Shown in pieces: positions 11,285 to 22,291 of a stretch of 64,000 nucleotides of DNA; the first letter of the stretch is position 1, and each line of letters starts with the position of its first letter. Source of the stretch: an uncultured Mycoplasmatota bacterium (GTDB taxonomy: Bacteria > Bacillota_I > Bacilli_A > RF39 > UBA660); assembly GCA_946494015.1 (NCBI GenBank), contig CAMMBL010000001.1, forward strand, positions 1,699 through 65,698, in the 5' to 3' direction. A program made the translations under genes and the position numbers. The notes beneath the pieces are model-generated. The model searched no databases, was not told the DNA's origin, and saw only the letters and a list, made by a program, of their open reading frames with translations.

Positions 11285-12235
11285 TTGATAGAATTTGAAA
11301 AACCAATTTATAAAATTACTGATTATGTAGAAAATAATTTTTATGGCAAATTTGAACTTGAACCATTAGAAAGAGGTTTTGGAACAACTTTAGGAAATGC
11401 TCTAAGGAGAGTTATGTTATCATCATTGCCAGGTAGTGCAATTAGTGCTGTTAAAATTGATGGTGTTTTACATGAATTTCAAACTATAGATGGTGTTATT
11501 GAAGATGTAACTACAATAATATTAAATCTAAAAGGTGTAGTTATTAAAAACCATACTGAAGGTAATAAAATTATCACTTTGAAAAAAGAAGGCGAGGGCG
11601 TGGTTACAGCTGCTGATATAGAAGCTGATAGTGATATTGAAATCATTAATAAAGATCATGTTATTGCTAATCTTGCTAAAGGTGGTTCCTTAAACATGCA
11701 AATGATAGTTACTAACGGTCGTGGTTATGTAAAAAGTGAAGATGCTACTATTAGAGAAGATGATAAAAAGAATGGTTTTATTGCAATGGATGCAATTTAT
11801 TCTCCAATTGAAAGAGTATCATATGAAGTAGAAAGTGCAAGAGTTGGTCAAGATGAAAGCTATGATAAATTAGTAATGGAAGTATGGACAAATGGTTCTA
11901 TTAAACCAGAAGAATCAATCGCTCTAGCTGCTAAAATTTTAATTGAACACTTTAAATTAGTAACAGATCTTAGTGATATATCAAATGTTAGTAGCATGAT
12001 GATTGAAAAAACTGAAGATCCTAAAACAAAAACTTTAGAAACTTCTATAGAAGATTTAGATTTTTCAGTAAGAGCATATAATTGCTTAAAAAGAGCTGGA
12101 GTTCACACATTACAAGATTTAGTTAATAAAAGTGAAAATGATATGATGAAAATCCGTAATTTAGGAAAGAAATCATTAAAAGAAGTATTAGATAAAATTA
12201 AAGAGTTAGGGCTTGACCTAAGAGATGATGATTAA
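11285..12235 (+). CDS. rpoA: DNA-directed RNA polymerase alpha subunit (TTG start after GGGAGG; the track ORF starts earlier inside rpsK)
   Basis: Reads LIEFEKPIYKITDY...; alpha N-terminal and C-terminal domains present. Confidence 0.92.
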   Translation: MIEFEKPIYKITDYVENNFYGKFELEPLERGFGTTLGNALRRVMLSSLPGSAISAVKIDGVLHEFQTIDGVIEDVTTIILNLKGVVIKNHTEGNKIITLKKEGEGVVTAADIEADSDIEIINKDHVIANLAKGGSLNMQMIVTNGRGYVKSEDATIREDDKKNGFIAMDAIYSPIERVSYEVESARVGQDESYDKLVMEVWTNGSIKPEESIALAAKILIEHFKLVTDLSDISNVSSMMIEKTEDPKTKTLETSIEDLDFSVRAYNCLKRAGVHTLQDLVNKSENDMMKIRNLGKKSLKEVLDKIKELGLDLRDDD

Positions 12236-12247
12236 GGAGGTAAACTT

Positions 12248-12619
12248 ATGGCATATAGAAAATTAGGCGTTGATAATAAGCACAGAAGAAGTATGTTAGC
12301 AACTCTTACTAAACAAGTTATTATGACAGGTAAAATAACAACTACTGAAACAAGAGCTAAAGAAGTTAGAAAAGCTGTTGATACTATGATTACTTTTGGT
12401 AAGAAGGGTGATCTTGGTAGTCGTCGTAGAGCCCTAGCTTTTGTACATAATGATAAAGCTGTTGTAAATAAAGTATTTAATGAACTAGCTCCTCGTTATG
12501 CAGCTAGAAATGGTGGCTATACCCAAATATTAAAATTAAAAGAACGTCGTGGAGATGGTGCATTACTTGCTATTATTAAACTAGTTGATGAAGAAGATGT
12601 TAAACAAGAGACAAAATAA
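12248..12619 (+). CDS. rplQ: 50S ribosomal protein L17
   Basis: 123 aa; last gene of the alpha operon. Confidence 0.95.
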   Translation: MAYRKLGVDNKHRRSMLATLTKQVIMTGKITTTETRAKEVRKAVDTMITFGKKGDLGSRRRALAFVHNDKAVVNKVFNELAPRYAARNGGYTQILKLKERRGDGALLAIIKLVDEEDVKQETK

Positions 12620-12633
12620 TGTCTCTTTTTTGG
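12604..12633 (+). terminator. Rho-independent terminator of the alpha operon
   Basis: AGAGACA-aaataa-TGTCTCT stem, then TTTTTTGG. Confidence 0.7.
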
Positions 12634-12694
12634 TATTAATTCCCACTTGTTCCATTATTTTAATTATAATAAAATAAAACAAACGGAGAAAAAT

Positions 12695-13561
12695 ATGGAA
12701 AAAGATATAAAAACAGCAATATTAAAAGAAGTAAAAGCTAAGATTCAATTAGGTGATATAAATCACGCTGAATGTCTATTAAAAGGATATTTATCATATG
12801 AACATAAAGATCCTGAAATTAGTTCTATCTTAGCAAAAATTTATGAACAAAAAGGGGAATTAAAACAAGCTTTAAAAGTATTAAAAGATCAAAATTCTAA
12901 TTATTTTTGTGTATTTGAAGAATTAGTAAAAATATATATAAAATTAGAAAAATATAATCGCTTATACGATATTTGGAAGGAAAACAATCAAAGAAACTTT
13001 CAAGATGTTAAAACTAAAAAACAAATAAATGATGCTAAAAATTATTTAAGAAGAACACAAATACTTTTAAAATCACTTAATAAAGGAGTAGAAGTACCAA
13101 AAGATCTCTCTTATAAAGAAAGGCAATATTTAAATTATAATTATAAACAAGCCTTAGAACATATTATTGAAAGACATACAACCATAGATAATAATCTAAC
13201 TAATAAAGGAACTTTATTTTTTAATCGCTATGATATAGAAGAACTATTTTTAGCCGCATCAAGAAATATAGACTTTAAAAAAAGAGAATTAAAATTAGAT
13301 TATACTTATTCTGATTGTTATATTTTCAAATATGAAAAAATAGGTAGAAATCCCCTTAATAATAGAATTTTAAATTATTTTCGGGTTGCTACGATACCAA
13401 ATACTAATAAAATAATTACTATGTATCCTGTTAGTAAAAAAATATCATCTAATGCATGTTATTTAACTGAAACAGATAAGCTTCCTATATGTAATTCAAT
13501 AATACACACAGATAAAGTTTATAGAGTAAAAACCTATAGTTTAAAGAAAAAGAAAAAATAA
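12695..13561 (+). CDS. Hypothetical protein with TPR-like N-terminus (ATG 12695 after GGAG; track start 12647)
   Basis: ORF only; no family recognised. Confidence 0.45.
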   Translation: MEKDIKTAILKEVKAKIQLGDINHAECLLKGYLSYEHKDPEISSILAKIYEQKGELKQALKVLKDQNSNYFCVFEELVKIYIKLEKYNRLYDIWKENNQRNFQDVKTKKQINDAKNYLRRTQILLKSLNKGVEVPKDLSYKERQYLNYNYKQALEHIIERHTTIDNNLTNKGTLFFNRYDIEELFLAASRNIDFKKRELKLDYTYSDCYIFKYEKIGRNPLNNRILNYFRVATIPNTNKIITMYPVSKKISSNACYLTETDKLPICNSIIHTDKVYRVKTYSLKKKKK

Positions 13562-13640
13562 CTCGTTTAACATTTATATTAATCTTTACATAAAAATTTA
13601 ATTATAATATAATTAACCTATAATACAGGGGGAGAATAAT

Positions 13641-14758
13641 ATGAATGTTAAACGTCAATCTAATTTTGAATTGTTAAGAATTATTAGTATGCTCTTTATT
13701 GTAATTTACCATTTAATCTTTCATGGTAATATAATAAAAAATTGTTCTAATCAAGGTGTTGCTATAATTTTTACTATCATTGAATTAATAACAATAGTCC
13801 ATGTTAATTCCTTTATTTTATCACTGGCTATTTTCAATCAAATTCCAAATTTAAAGAATCAAAAGTATGGTCTTTAATTAATTCAAATCTTTTTTATAGA
13901 ATAGTAATAATATTAATATTAAGTATTTTAGGTTATATAAGTTTATCAAAAATAGAAATAGTAAAAGAAATATTTATCTTAAATCTAAATCAGTATTGGT
14001 TTATAAAAGTATATCTATTTTTATATTGTTTAAGTCCTTTTCTAAATAAATTTATTAATAGTTTAGATAAGAAATATTATCAAAAACTATTATTACTATT
14101 ATTTGTTATTTTTTCTTTTATTCCCTATTTTACTGGTAACCAGGGTTTTGATAATAATGGATATACTCTATATAACTTTATATTCCTATATTTTATAGGA
14201 GCTTACTTAAGAAAATACCCGCTATCAAAAAGTTATATTTTTAAAAACATATCTAAAAGCCTATTAAGAGTATTTTTTCTCTTTACTTTTATATTTTGCG
14301 TATTACTAAACTTTTTATTATTAACATCAAGTCAGGCATTATTAAATACAAATTCCTTTATCAATGAAGTTGCCAATAATACTATTAATATGACTCTCAT
14401 GTATAGTAATCCCATTATTATAATTCAATCTATTGCCTTTTTCTTATTATTTGAAACCTTCTCTATTAAATCTAAATTAATTAATAATATATCTAAGTTA
14501 ACTCTTGGAATATATATGATTCATGATAATAGTTATTTAAGACCACTTATCTTAAATTTTACAAAAATAACTAATAGAAGCTTTAACTCCTATACATCTA
14601 TTATCTATCTCTTATTAGTAGCCCTTATACTATACATAGTTTGTGCTTTTATTGAGTATTTAAGAATAGCTATCTTTAAATTTATCTATAATAGAAAAAT
14701 ATCTACTAAAGTAAGAGAAAAGTATTATAAATATTTAAATAATTTAAAAACAGATTAA
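13641..14758 (+). pseudogene. Acyltransferase family 3 (OatA-like membrane O-acyltransferase) with one frameshift
   Basis: N-terminal frame 13641..13877 carries the NFELLRIISMLFIVIYHL hallmark. A second frame is open 13808..14758 and carries WFIKVYLFLYCLSPFL plus many TM segments. The frames overlap at 13808..13877. Confidence 0.6.
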
Positions 14759-14767
14759 AATAAAAAG

Positions 14768-14796
14768 TTGCATTTACTTTAAAACTTTCGTATAAT
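14768..14796 (+). promoter_or_regulatory. Sigma-A-type promoter (TTGCAT-17 nt-TATAAT)
   Basis: Sequence read directly. Confidence 0.55.
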
Positions 14797-14799
14797 AAT

Positions 14800-14995
14800 A
14801 CTATATTTTAAATGCAGATATAATAGTGAAAAGTATATTAATATTTAATACTTTAAAAAATAATATTAGTATTTACGGAATAAGTCCGATATAACCATAA
14901 AGATGCATAGATTTCTATGAAATAAGGTCCTATAAAGGTGTACCGCGAATTATTTTCGTCCTTATTAATAGAAATCTATTTTTATTAGGAGGTTT
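14800..14995 (+). promoter_or_regulatory. T-box riboswitch-like leader, likely Leu-specific, upstream of the small ORF and leuS
   Basis: T-box motif AAAGGTGTACCGCG at 14934..14947, flanked by complementary arms AATAAGGTCC / CGTCCTTATT (terminator/antiterminator). Confidence 0.5.
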
Positions 14996-15000
14996 TAAAT

Positions 15001-15354
15001 ATGTTAGATGAGTTAATCCTATTTATCTTAGCTTTTCTCTTTGTCTTTTTAATTTATGAATTATTTTTAGTTAGAAAAGCTAAAAAAGATAAAAGAAGAA
15101 AGAAGCCTGTTGAAGTTAATTACCTGATTGGTAAATATAACTTAGATATAGAAAAACTAAATTATAAAAGACTATTAAATATAATCAGTGCTGTTAGTGC
15201 TTTTGATATTTCACTAGTAGTAACAATAGTATCATTATTAAAAAATTTTTATATTCAATTACTTGTAGGTTTTGCTTTAATAATGATTTTAATAATTATT
15301 AGTTATGACATAGTAGCTAGAATTTATAAAAAGAAAGGATGTTTAAAGAAATGA
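15001..15354 (+). CDS. Small membrane protein (117 aa, 2-3 TM) between the T-box leader and leuS
   Basis: ORF with RBS AGGAGG; hydrophobic segments. Confidence 0.45.
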   Translation: MLDELILFILAFLFVFLIYELFLVRKAKKDKRRKKPVEVNYLIGKYNLDIEKLNYKRLLNIISAVSAFDISLVVTIVSLLKNFYIQLLVGFALIMILIIISYDIVARIYKKKGCLKK

Positions 15355-17747
15355 TTAATTTTAATGAGATAGAAGAAAAATGGGAACAAAAATGGGAAGA
15401 AGATAAATTATATAAATTTGATCCTAAAAGTAATAAAAAGAAATTATATTGCCTAGAGATGTTTAGTTATCCAAGTGGTGCTAAATTACATTTAGGTCAT
15501 TGGTATAATTATAGTGTCGCTGATACATGGGCTAGATTTAAACGTATGGATGGTTATAATTTATTTCATCCTATGGGATTTGATGCCTTTGGCTTACCAG
15601 CTGAAAACTATGCTATAAAAACAGGTATTCATCCCGCTATTAGTACTGATAAAAATATTGAAACTATGGAAAAACAGTTAAAAAGAATAGGTGGATCTTG
15701 GGACTGGGATTATGAAGTTAAAACTTGTAAAGAAGACTATTATAAATGGACCCAATGGATGTTTTTAAAATTATATGAACATGGACTAGCTTATAAAAAA
15801 GAAGCTCCTGTTAATTTTTGTCCATCATGTAATACTGTTTTAGCTAACGAACAAGTTATTTCAGGTAATTGTGAAAGATGTGGAAGTACAGTTATAAGAA
15901 AGAATATGAGCCAATGGTTCTTTAAAATTACCGATTATGCTGAAGAACTATTAAACGATTTAGATAAATTAGATTGGCCTGATAGAACTAAGAATTTACA
16001 ACGCAATTGGATAGGTAAAAGTGTAGGTAGTTATGTTGATTTTAAAGTAGATGGAACAAATGAAAAGTTTACAGTATTTACAACTAGATCTGACACTTTA
16101 TTTGGAGCAACATACTGTGTTTTAGCCCCAGAACTACCACTTGTTGACAAAATAACGACTAAAGAACAACAAGAAGAAGTTAATAAATATAAAGAAGAAG
16201 CAAGTAAACAAAGTGAAATAGAAAGAGCAAGTACTACTAAAGAAAAGACAGGTGTCTTTACAGGGGCTTATGCCATTAATCCTGTAAATAATAAAAAAAT
16301 ACCAATTTGGATTAGTGATTATGTTTTATCAACCTATGGAACAGGGGCAATTATGGCAGTTCCAGCTCATGATCAAAGAGATTATGAATTTGCCAAGAAA
16401 TTTAATTTAGAAATAATACCAGTATTAGAAGGCGGTAACTTATCTAAGGAAGCCTTTGTTGGTGATGGTATACATATTAATTCAGAATTTTTAAATGGTC
16501 TTAATAAAGAAGATGCTCTAAATAAAATGAATGCTTATTTAGAAGAAAAGGGTATTGGAAAGAAAACAATAACCTATAAATTAAGAGATTGGCTAGTATC
16601 TCGTCAAAGATATTGGGGTGCTCCTATTCCTATAATCTATTGTGAAGACTGTGGAATAGTACCAGTTGAAGAAAAAGATTTACCCGTAAAATTACCAATG
16701 GATGTAGAATTTACTCCGGATGGAGAAAGCCCATTAAAAAAATGTGAATCTTTTATGAATTGTACTTGTCCTAAATGTGGTAAAAAGGCTAAAAGAGAAG
16801 CCGATACGTTAGATACTTTTGTATGCTCTAGTTGGTATTATTTAAGATATCCTGATGCTCATAATGATAAAGAACCATTTAATAAAGAACTAATTAATAA
16901 AATTTTACCAGTTGATAAATATATTGGAGGAATAGAACATGCTTGTATGCATTTACTATATGCAAGATTCTTTACTAAAGCACTAAGAGATATGGGTTAC
17001 TTAAATTTTGATGAACCATTCCTATCATTAGTTCATCAAGGAACTATTTTAGGACCAGATGGAGAAAAAATGTCTAAATCCAAAGGAAATACTGTCGCTC
17101 CTGATCCATTAGTTGAAGAATATGGAGCCGATGTATTAAGAGGATATTTAATGTTTGGTTTTAACTATATAGATGGAGGACCTTGGACTGATGATGGTAT
17201 TGTTGCCATAAATAAATTTTATCGTAAAGTAGAACGTCTTACTAAAGCTCTTGTAGAAGAAAAAACAAAAATAGATGAAATAGATAAAGTATTACATAAT
17301 TCTCTAAAGGTTATAAGAGAAGACTTAGATAAATTTCAATTTAATACATCCATGGCTAAAATAATGGAATATACTAATATATTAGTTAAATATGAAAAAG
17401 AAGGTATTCCAAGATATTACATTGAACAATTACTTTTAATGCTTGCCCCATTCGCACCACATATAACAGAAGAATTATGGTCATCTATTGGTAATAAATA
17501 TTCTATTCATAATGAATCATATCCAACTTATGATGAATCTAAACTAATTGAAGAAGAAAAAGAAATAGCCGTCCAAGTAAATGGTAAAGTTCGTGCTACA
17601 ATAAAAATAAATATAAACGATAGTGATGAAATAATTAAAGAAAAAGCTCTTAAAGAAAAGAATGTTAAAAGATATACAGACAATAAAGAAATAATAAAAA
17701 CTATAATTATAAAAGGAAAAATAATTAACATAGTTATAAAAGCTTAA
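15351..17747 (+). CDS. leuS: Leucyl-tRNA synthetase (ATG 15351; track start 15339)
   Basis: HIGH-type motif P(S)GAKLHLGH; KMSKS present. Confidence 0.95.
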   Translation: MINFNEIEEKWEQKWEEDKLYKFDPKSNKKKLYCLEMFSYPSGAKLHLGHWYNYSVADTWARFKRMDGYNLFHPMGFDAFGLPAENYAIKTGIHPAISTDKNIETMEKQLKRIGGSWDWDYEVKTCKEDYYKWTQWMFLKLYEHGLAYKKEAPVNFCPSCNTVLANEQVISGNCERCGSTVIRKNMSQWFFKITDYAEELLNDLDKLDWPDRTKNLQRNWIGKSVGSYVDFKVDGTNEKFTVFTTRSDTLFGATYCVLAPELPLVDKITTKEQQEEVNKYKEEASKQSEIERASTTKEKTGVFTGAYAINPVNNKKIPIWISDYVLSTYGTGAIMAVPAHDQRDYEFAKKFNLEIIPVLEGGNLSKEAFVGDGIHINSEFLNGLNKEDALNKMNAYLEEKGIGKKTITYKLRDWLVSRQRYWGAPIPIIYCEDCGIVPVEEKDLPVKLPMDVEFTPDGESPLKKCESFMNCTCPKCGKKAKREADTLDTFVCSSWYYLRYPDAHNDKEPFNKELINKILPVDKYIGGIEHACMHLLYARFFTKALRDMGYLNFDEPFLSLVHQGTILGPDGEKMSKSKGNTVAPDPLVEEYGADVLRGYLMFGFNYIDGGPWTDDGIVAINKFYRKVERLTKALVEEKTKIDEIDKVLHNSLKVIREDLDKFQFNTSMAKIMEYTNILVKYEKEGIPRYYIEQLLLMLAPFAPHITEELWSSIGNKYSIHNESYPTYDESKLIEEEKEIAVQVNGKVRATIKININDSDEIIKEKALKEKNVKRYTDNKEIIKTIIIKGKIINIVIKA

Positions 17748-17790
17748 AGAAAAAGCTTTTTCTTTTTTCCACAATTTTTGTGGAAAAAAT
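17745..17790 (+). terminator. Tandem hairpin terminators after leuS
   Basis: AAGAAAAAGC/GCTTTTTCTT palindrome plus T-run, then CCACAAtttTTGTGG. Confidence 0.65.
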
Positions 17791-17816
17791 AGTTTAAACT
17801 GGTTTTGGTGATCTAA

Positions 17817-17987
17817 ATGAAAGTAAAAATCTTTGATTATGAAGATGAAAGTGATCTTCAAAAAGCGATGAATGAATTTTTAAGTGAATTATCGGGTGAA
17901 GTTGTAGATATAAAATATGCCGTTAGTTCATTTCCTAGTGGAGAAGAACAAATATATTGTTTTTCAGCTATGATTATCTATTATTAA
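17817..17987 (+). CDS. Small sporulation-associated protein, Cse60/YteV-like (56 aa)
   Basis: MKVKIFDYEDESDLQKAMNEFL...DIKYAVS...EQIYCFSAMIIYY resembles Cse60. Confidence 0.5.
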   Translation: MKVKIFDYEDESDLQKAMNEFLSELSGEVVDIKYAVSSFPSGEEQIYCFSAMIIYY

Positions 17988-18010
17988 AGGACCTAATTAT
18001 TATTAGATCC

Positions 18011-19297
18011 TTATTTTTTTAATATTTTTATAAAATCATAACCATATTTAAAAGTAGTTTTAACTCCTAAATACTTTGGAAAATTTCTTCTTGCTAATCC
18101 TGTCTTTTTCTCATCGATAATAAAATCATATTCTCCAACTAACTCAACAACTTCGCCACCAAAATTTTTCTTATATTTAAAAGAATTGTTCAATCTATTA
18201 TTAGAATCTGTTATATCTCCGATTTCATATAAATTATAATATTTATAACCATGATCTATTGCATACTTAATCATCTCATAATGAAGCGTATAAGAAGATG
18301 CAAATCTAGCATATTCATCTAATATACCTCCATCTAACAAAACAACTTCATTACCTAGTGTTATAAACATATAAATACCCATACTAACTTCATCAGCACA
18401 TTTAGAAAAAAACTCTTTTAAACTTTTTAATCTTTCAAGTTCCTTTTTAACTTCAAGTTCCTTATCAATAAAATACTTCTCAGTCATCTTAGAATTATGA
18501 TAACTATCTATTCGCCTAGCTTTAACAGTTAAAAGTTGATTAATTTCTTTATCTATATTACTAATAACAATCTCTCTTTTAAAATAAACTTCCTTAAAAT
18601 GTAAATACTCATCAGTAAAACAATTTCTTAAATCTTCATAAAAAGTTTTAGTTGGTACAATAGTATGATATTTTTTACTTTTTTTATCAATAATATCTAA
18701 AAACTTATCAAGATTTTTAAAATCTAATTCTCTTACCATAAAACCGAATCTCTCGTTTCTTCTAATAATTTGTCTTGCTTTAGAACTAAAATTATTAAAA
18801 ATATCTTTCAAAGTTTTATTCTTTAAATTAATTCTACTAAGCCATCTAGGTTGAATTCTATCTACCACCTTAATAAAATTAGCATGACTTAAATTAATTT
18901 TAACAAAATCATTATCGACTCCACCTTCAATAATATCTCCGTTACTATTACGATCCCTTAATAAAATATAAGGATCTATCTTTAAAAAGATACCATGTTT
19001 TTCAATAATAAAACTTCTAACTGCCTTTGTAAATTCTTTTAAAAGATTTTCATCTTTATAATCAATTAAAAAGCCTCGAGGTGCATAAAATATCCTTTCC
19101 TTACCTTTTTTATATTCATATGAAAGTAATAAACTAGCTCCCACTATTTTTTCTTTACTAAAAGCCCCTACATAATAAGCATAAAATTTATCTCCTTCCA
19201 TAAACCTTCCCCAAAGAGAAGTTTGTTGAAAACTACCTAAGGGGTGATTAAGAGCATAAGCATCAAATTCCTTTTTTGTTAATTCTTTAAGTTCCAT
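18011..19297 (-). CDS. FemAB-family aminoacyl-tRNA-dependent peptidoglycan branch transferase (start probably MELKEL after AGAGGTGA; track start 19348)
   Basis: FemAB-like with central coiled-coil insert; paralogous to three more ORFs nearby. Confidence 0.8.
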   Translation of the reverse strand: MELKELTKKEFDAYALNHPLGSFQQTSLWGRFMEGDKFYAYYVGAFSKEKIVGASLLLSYEYKKGKERIFYAPRGFLIDYKDENLLKEFTKAVRSFIIEKHGIFLKIDPYILLRDRNSNGDIIEGGVDNDFVKINLSHANFIKVVDRIQPRWLSRINLKNKTLKDIFNNFSSKARQIIRRNERFGFMVRELDFKNLDKFLDIIDKKSKKYHTIVPTKTFYEDLRNCFTDEYLHFKEVYFKREIVISNIDKEINQLLTVKARRIDSYHNSKMTEKYFIDKELEVKKELERLKSLKEFFSKCADEVSMGIYMFITLGNEVVLLDGGILDEYARFASSYTLHYEMIKYAIDHGYKYYNLYEIGDITDSNNRLNNSFKYKKNFGGEVVELVGEYDFIIDEKKTGLARRNFPKYLGVKTTFKYGYDFIKILKK

Positions 19298-19387
19298 CAA
19301 ATCACCTCTATCTTCCTTAATTATACAAGTTACTTTAAAACTTTTCAATAATATGGTATTATAATTAAAGAAATTGGAGGGGAAAAG

Positions 19388-21058
19388 ATGTCGAAAATAA
19401 AAACTAAGAAGAACAAAGAATTAAAAGAAAACTCCTTTTTAAATGGAGCCTTTATAGCAACACTAGGAATAGTAGGTAGTAAAATATTAGGAATGCTTTA
19501 TGTAATTCCTTTTTATGCTATTATTGGTGGTCAAGGAGGAGCTTTATATGGTTATGCTTATACTATTTACAATTTATTTCAATCACTAAGTTGTGCTGGT
19601 ATACCTAATGCTATTAGTAAAATAATTAGTGAATATCAAACATTAGGCTATTATAATGCTAAAGAAAAAGCTTTTAAATTAGGTAGACGTCTTGCTATTA
19701 TTATGGGCTTTACTATTTTTATAATTCTCTTTATTTTTGCGCCTTCAATTGCTAAAGCTATACTTGGTGATTTAAAAGGTGGTAATACTTTAGAAGATGT
19801 AACTATGGTAGTAAGAGTAATTGCTACTGCTATTTTAATCGTTCCAACTCTTAGTATTTATAGAGGTTATTTAGAAGGTCATAAATTTATAACTCCCCCC
19901 TCTATTAGTCAAGTAATAGAGCAACTTGTAAGAGTAATAGTAATAGTTTTAGGTAGTTTTCTTGCTATAAATGTTTTAAATTTATCTTTACAAACAGGAG
20001 TAGGTATCGCTGTATTTGGTGCTACCGCTGGTGCTATAGTCGCTTATTTCTACTTATTAGATAAAGTTAGAAATAACAAAAAACAATTACATGAGAAAGC
20101 TCTTGATGTTAATGAACCAATAATAAAAACCAAAGAAATATTAATAAAAATTTTTTGGTATGCTCTACCTTTCATTATGATAGATGTTTTTAAATCATGT
20201 TATGACTTTATTGATATGACAACTATTGTTAAGACAATGGTAAATGATGTTGGGTTTACAACAGCTCAAGCTGAAAATATTATGAGTGTAATCTCTACTT
20301 GGGGTAATAAAATAAATATGATTATAGTATCTATTTCAACTGGTATCATTGTAAGTTTAATACCAAATCTTACATCAGCATCAGTAAAAAAAGATAAAAA
20401 AGATATACATCATAAAATAAATCAAACCCTTCAAGTATTACTATTTATATCAGTTCCTATGACTTTAGGACTATCATTCTTAGCAGACCCTGTTTGGGAA
20501 GTATTTTATGGAAATAATAGTGAATATGGTGCTATTATCATTAAATACTTTGTTTTTGTCGCTTTAACAATATCAACATATACAGCCTTAGTATCAATTG
20601 TTCAAGTTTTAAAATACTACAAAGAAGTTTTAATCTCCCTTGTTGTAGGAGTCTTAATAAAATTAGTATTAAATGTTCCTTTAATAAATCTATTTAACAA
20701 TCTTGGTTTTGTTCCTGTTTATGGTTCCATAACAGCGACCATATTAGGTTATGGTATAGGAATCTTTTTATGTTTAATCTTCTTAAGGAAAAAATGTGGT
20801 GTAAGTTATATGCCAACAGTAAAATTATTAGGTAAAATAATATTAGCAGATATCGTTATGCTAATAGTACTTTTCATATTAAAACTATTTATCCCAATTT
20901 ATACATCTTCAAGACTATTAAATATTCCAATTATTGCTTTTTATGCCCTTGTTGGAATAATTGTATATTTCTTTATCGCTCATAAATTTAATTTAATAGA
21001 AGAAATATTTGGGAGCAAACTAATTAATAAGATAACTAATAAGTTTAGGAGGAAATAA
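19388..21058 (+). CDS. MOP-superfamily polysaccharide/lipid II flippase (SpoVB/YtgP/MurJ-like)
   Basis: 556 aa, about 14 TM; N-terminal GSKILGMLYVIPFYAIIG...GIPNAISK pattern. Confidence 0.75.
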   Translation: MSKIKTKKNKELKENSFLNGAFIATLGIVGSKILGMLYVIPFYAIIGGQGGALYGYAYTIYNLFQSLSCAGIPNAISKIISEYQTLGYYNAKEKAFKLGRRLAIIMGFTIFIILFIFAPSIAKAILGDLKGGNTLEDVTMVVRVIATAILIVPTLSIYRGYLEGHKFITPPSISQVIEQLVRVIVIVLGSFLAINVLNLSLQTGVGIAVFGATAGAIVAYFYLLDKVRNNKKQLHEKALDVNEPIIKTKEILIKIFWYALPFIMIDVFKSCYDFIDMTTIVKTMVNDVGFTTAQAENIMSVISTWGNKINMIIVSISTGIIVSLIPNLTSASVKKDKKDIHHKINQTLQVLLFISVPMTLGLSFLADPVWEVFYGNNSEYGAIIIKYFVFVALTISTYTALVSIVQVLKYYKEVLISLVVGVLIKLVLNVPLINLFNNLGFVPVYGSITATILGYGIGIFLCLIFLRKKCGVSYMPTVKLLGKIILADIVMLIVLFILKLFIPIYTSSRLLNIPIIAFYALVGIIVYFFIAHKFNLIEEIFGSKLINKITNKFRRK

Positions 21059-21059
21059 A

Positions 21060-22283
21060 ATGACATTAAAAGAAATAGATGTTAAGACATTTACTAGTTA
21101 TGCTAAAAAAAGTCCTTATAGAACTTTTATGCAAACAGAAGAAATAGGTAAATTAAGAGAATTAAATGGCTGGACTTCTTATTATTTAGGTTTATACGAT
21201 GATAAAAATCTTGTAGGAGTAACTCTTTTAGTAGGAAAGAAAAGACATTTTAACAAGTATGAATTTTACACACCTCGTGGACCGTTAGTAGATTATAATG
21301 ATGAGAAAGCTTTAAAAGAATTTTTAAATAAGTTAACAGACTTCGTCAAAAAACATCATGGATTTGTTCTAAGAATTGATCCATATGTTATAAATAAAGA
21401 ACGTAATGGTAAAGGAGAAGTAGTAAAAGATGGCACTAATAACTCTAAAATAGTAGAAGAAATAAAGTCCTTAGGCTTTAAGTTACTTCCCCTTAATGAA
21501 CGGGAACAAGTATCTTGGATGTACGTTTTAGATATTAAAGATAAAACAGAAGATGAAATCTTAAAAAATATGAAGCCTAATACTAGAAATACTATTAGAA
21601 AAACTTTAAAAAATGGTATAGAAATAATAGAATTAGAAAAGAAAGATTTAAAAGAATTCTATAAAATAATGGAAGAAACAGGTAAAAGAAAAGGTTTTGC
21701 CATTAGAAACCTTGCTTATTTTGAGAATATGTATGACTTATTTAAACCTAAAGATGAGATAAAATATTTAATAACTAAACTAAACTTAGATAAACATTTA
21801 GATCTTTTAAATAAAGAGAAAAAAGAAAAGTCTGAAGAATTATCAAAATTATCAGATGCTAAATATAATGATGGTAAAAGAAAATCTATAAATGAAGCGA
21901 TTAATGGTATAAATAAAAGAATAAAAGAAGCAGAGTCTATTAAAAAAGAACATGGAAATATTATAACTCTATCAGGTTCTATGTTTATTATGACAAGTCC
22001 TGAGATAATCTATTTATCAAGTGGTAACTATGAAGAATTTATGATGTATAATTCACAGTACTTAATCCAGTGGGAAATGATTAAATATGCTGTAGAGCAT
22101 AACTTTGCAAGATATAATTTTTATGGTATTCCAAATACATTTGATAAAAATGATAAAGATTATGGTATCTATGAATTTAAAACAGGTTTTAATGGTTTTG
22201 TCGAAGAATTAATAGGTGAATTTGAAATAAAGACATCTCCTATTTATTATTTAATAAAATTAATTCATAAAATAAGACATTAA
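21060..22283 (+). CDS. FemAB-family peptidoglycan branch transferase (second paralog)
   Basis: 407 aa; FemAB-like with coiled-coil insert. Confidence 0.8.
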   Translation: MTLKEIDVKTFTSYAKKSPYRTFMQTEEIGKLRELNGWTSYYLGLYDDKNLVGVTLLVGKKRHFNKYEFYTPRGPLVDYNDEKALKEFLNKLTDFVKKHHGFVLRIDPYVINKERNGKGEVVKDGTNNSKIVEEIKSLGFKLLPLNEREQVSWMYVLDIKDKTEDEILKNMKPNTRNTIRKTLKNGIEIIELEKKDLKEFYKIMEETGKRKGFAIRNLAYFENMYDLFKPKDEIKYLITKLNLDKHLDLLNKEKKEKSEELSKLSDAKYNDGKRKSINEAINGINKRIKEAESIKKEHGNIITLSGSMFIMTSPEIIYLSSGNYEEFMMYNSQYLIQWEMIKYAVEHNFARYNFYGIPNTFDKNDKDYGIYEFKTGFNGFVEELIGEFEIKTSPIYYLIKLIHKIRH

Positions 22284-22291
22284 GGAGTATT

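Noticed and set aside
17528-17861. Minus-strand ORFs overlapping the leuS 3' end and terminator
   Set aside because: AT-rich antisense artefacts (Phe/Ile/Tyr-rich low complexity) that overlap a well-supported gene and terminator.
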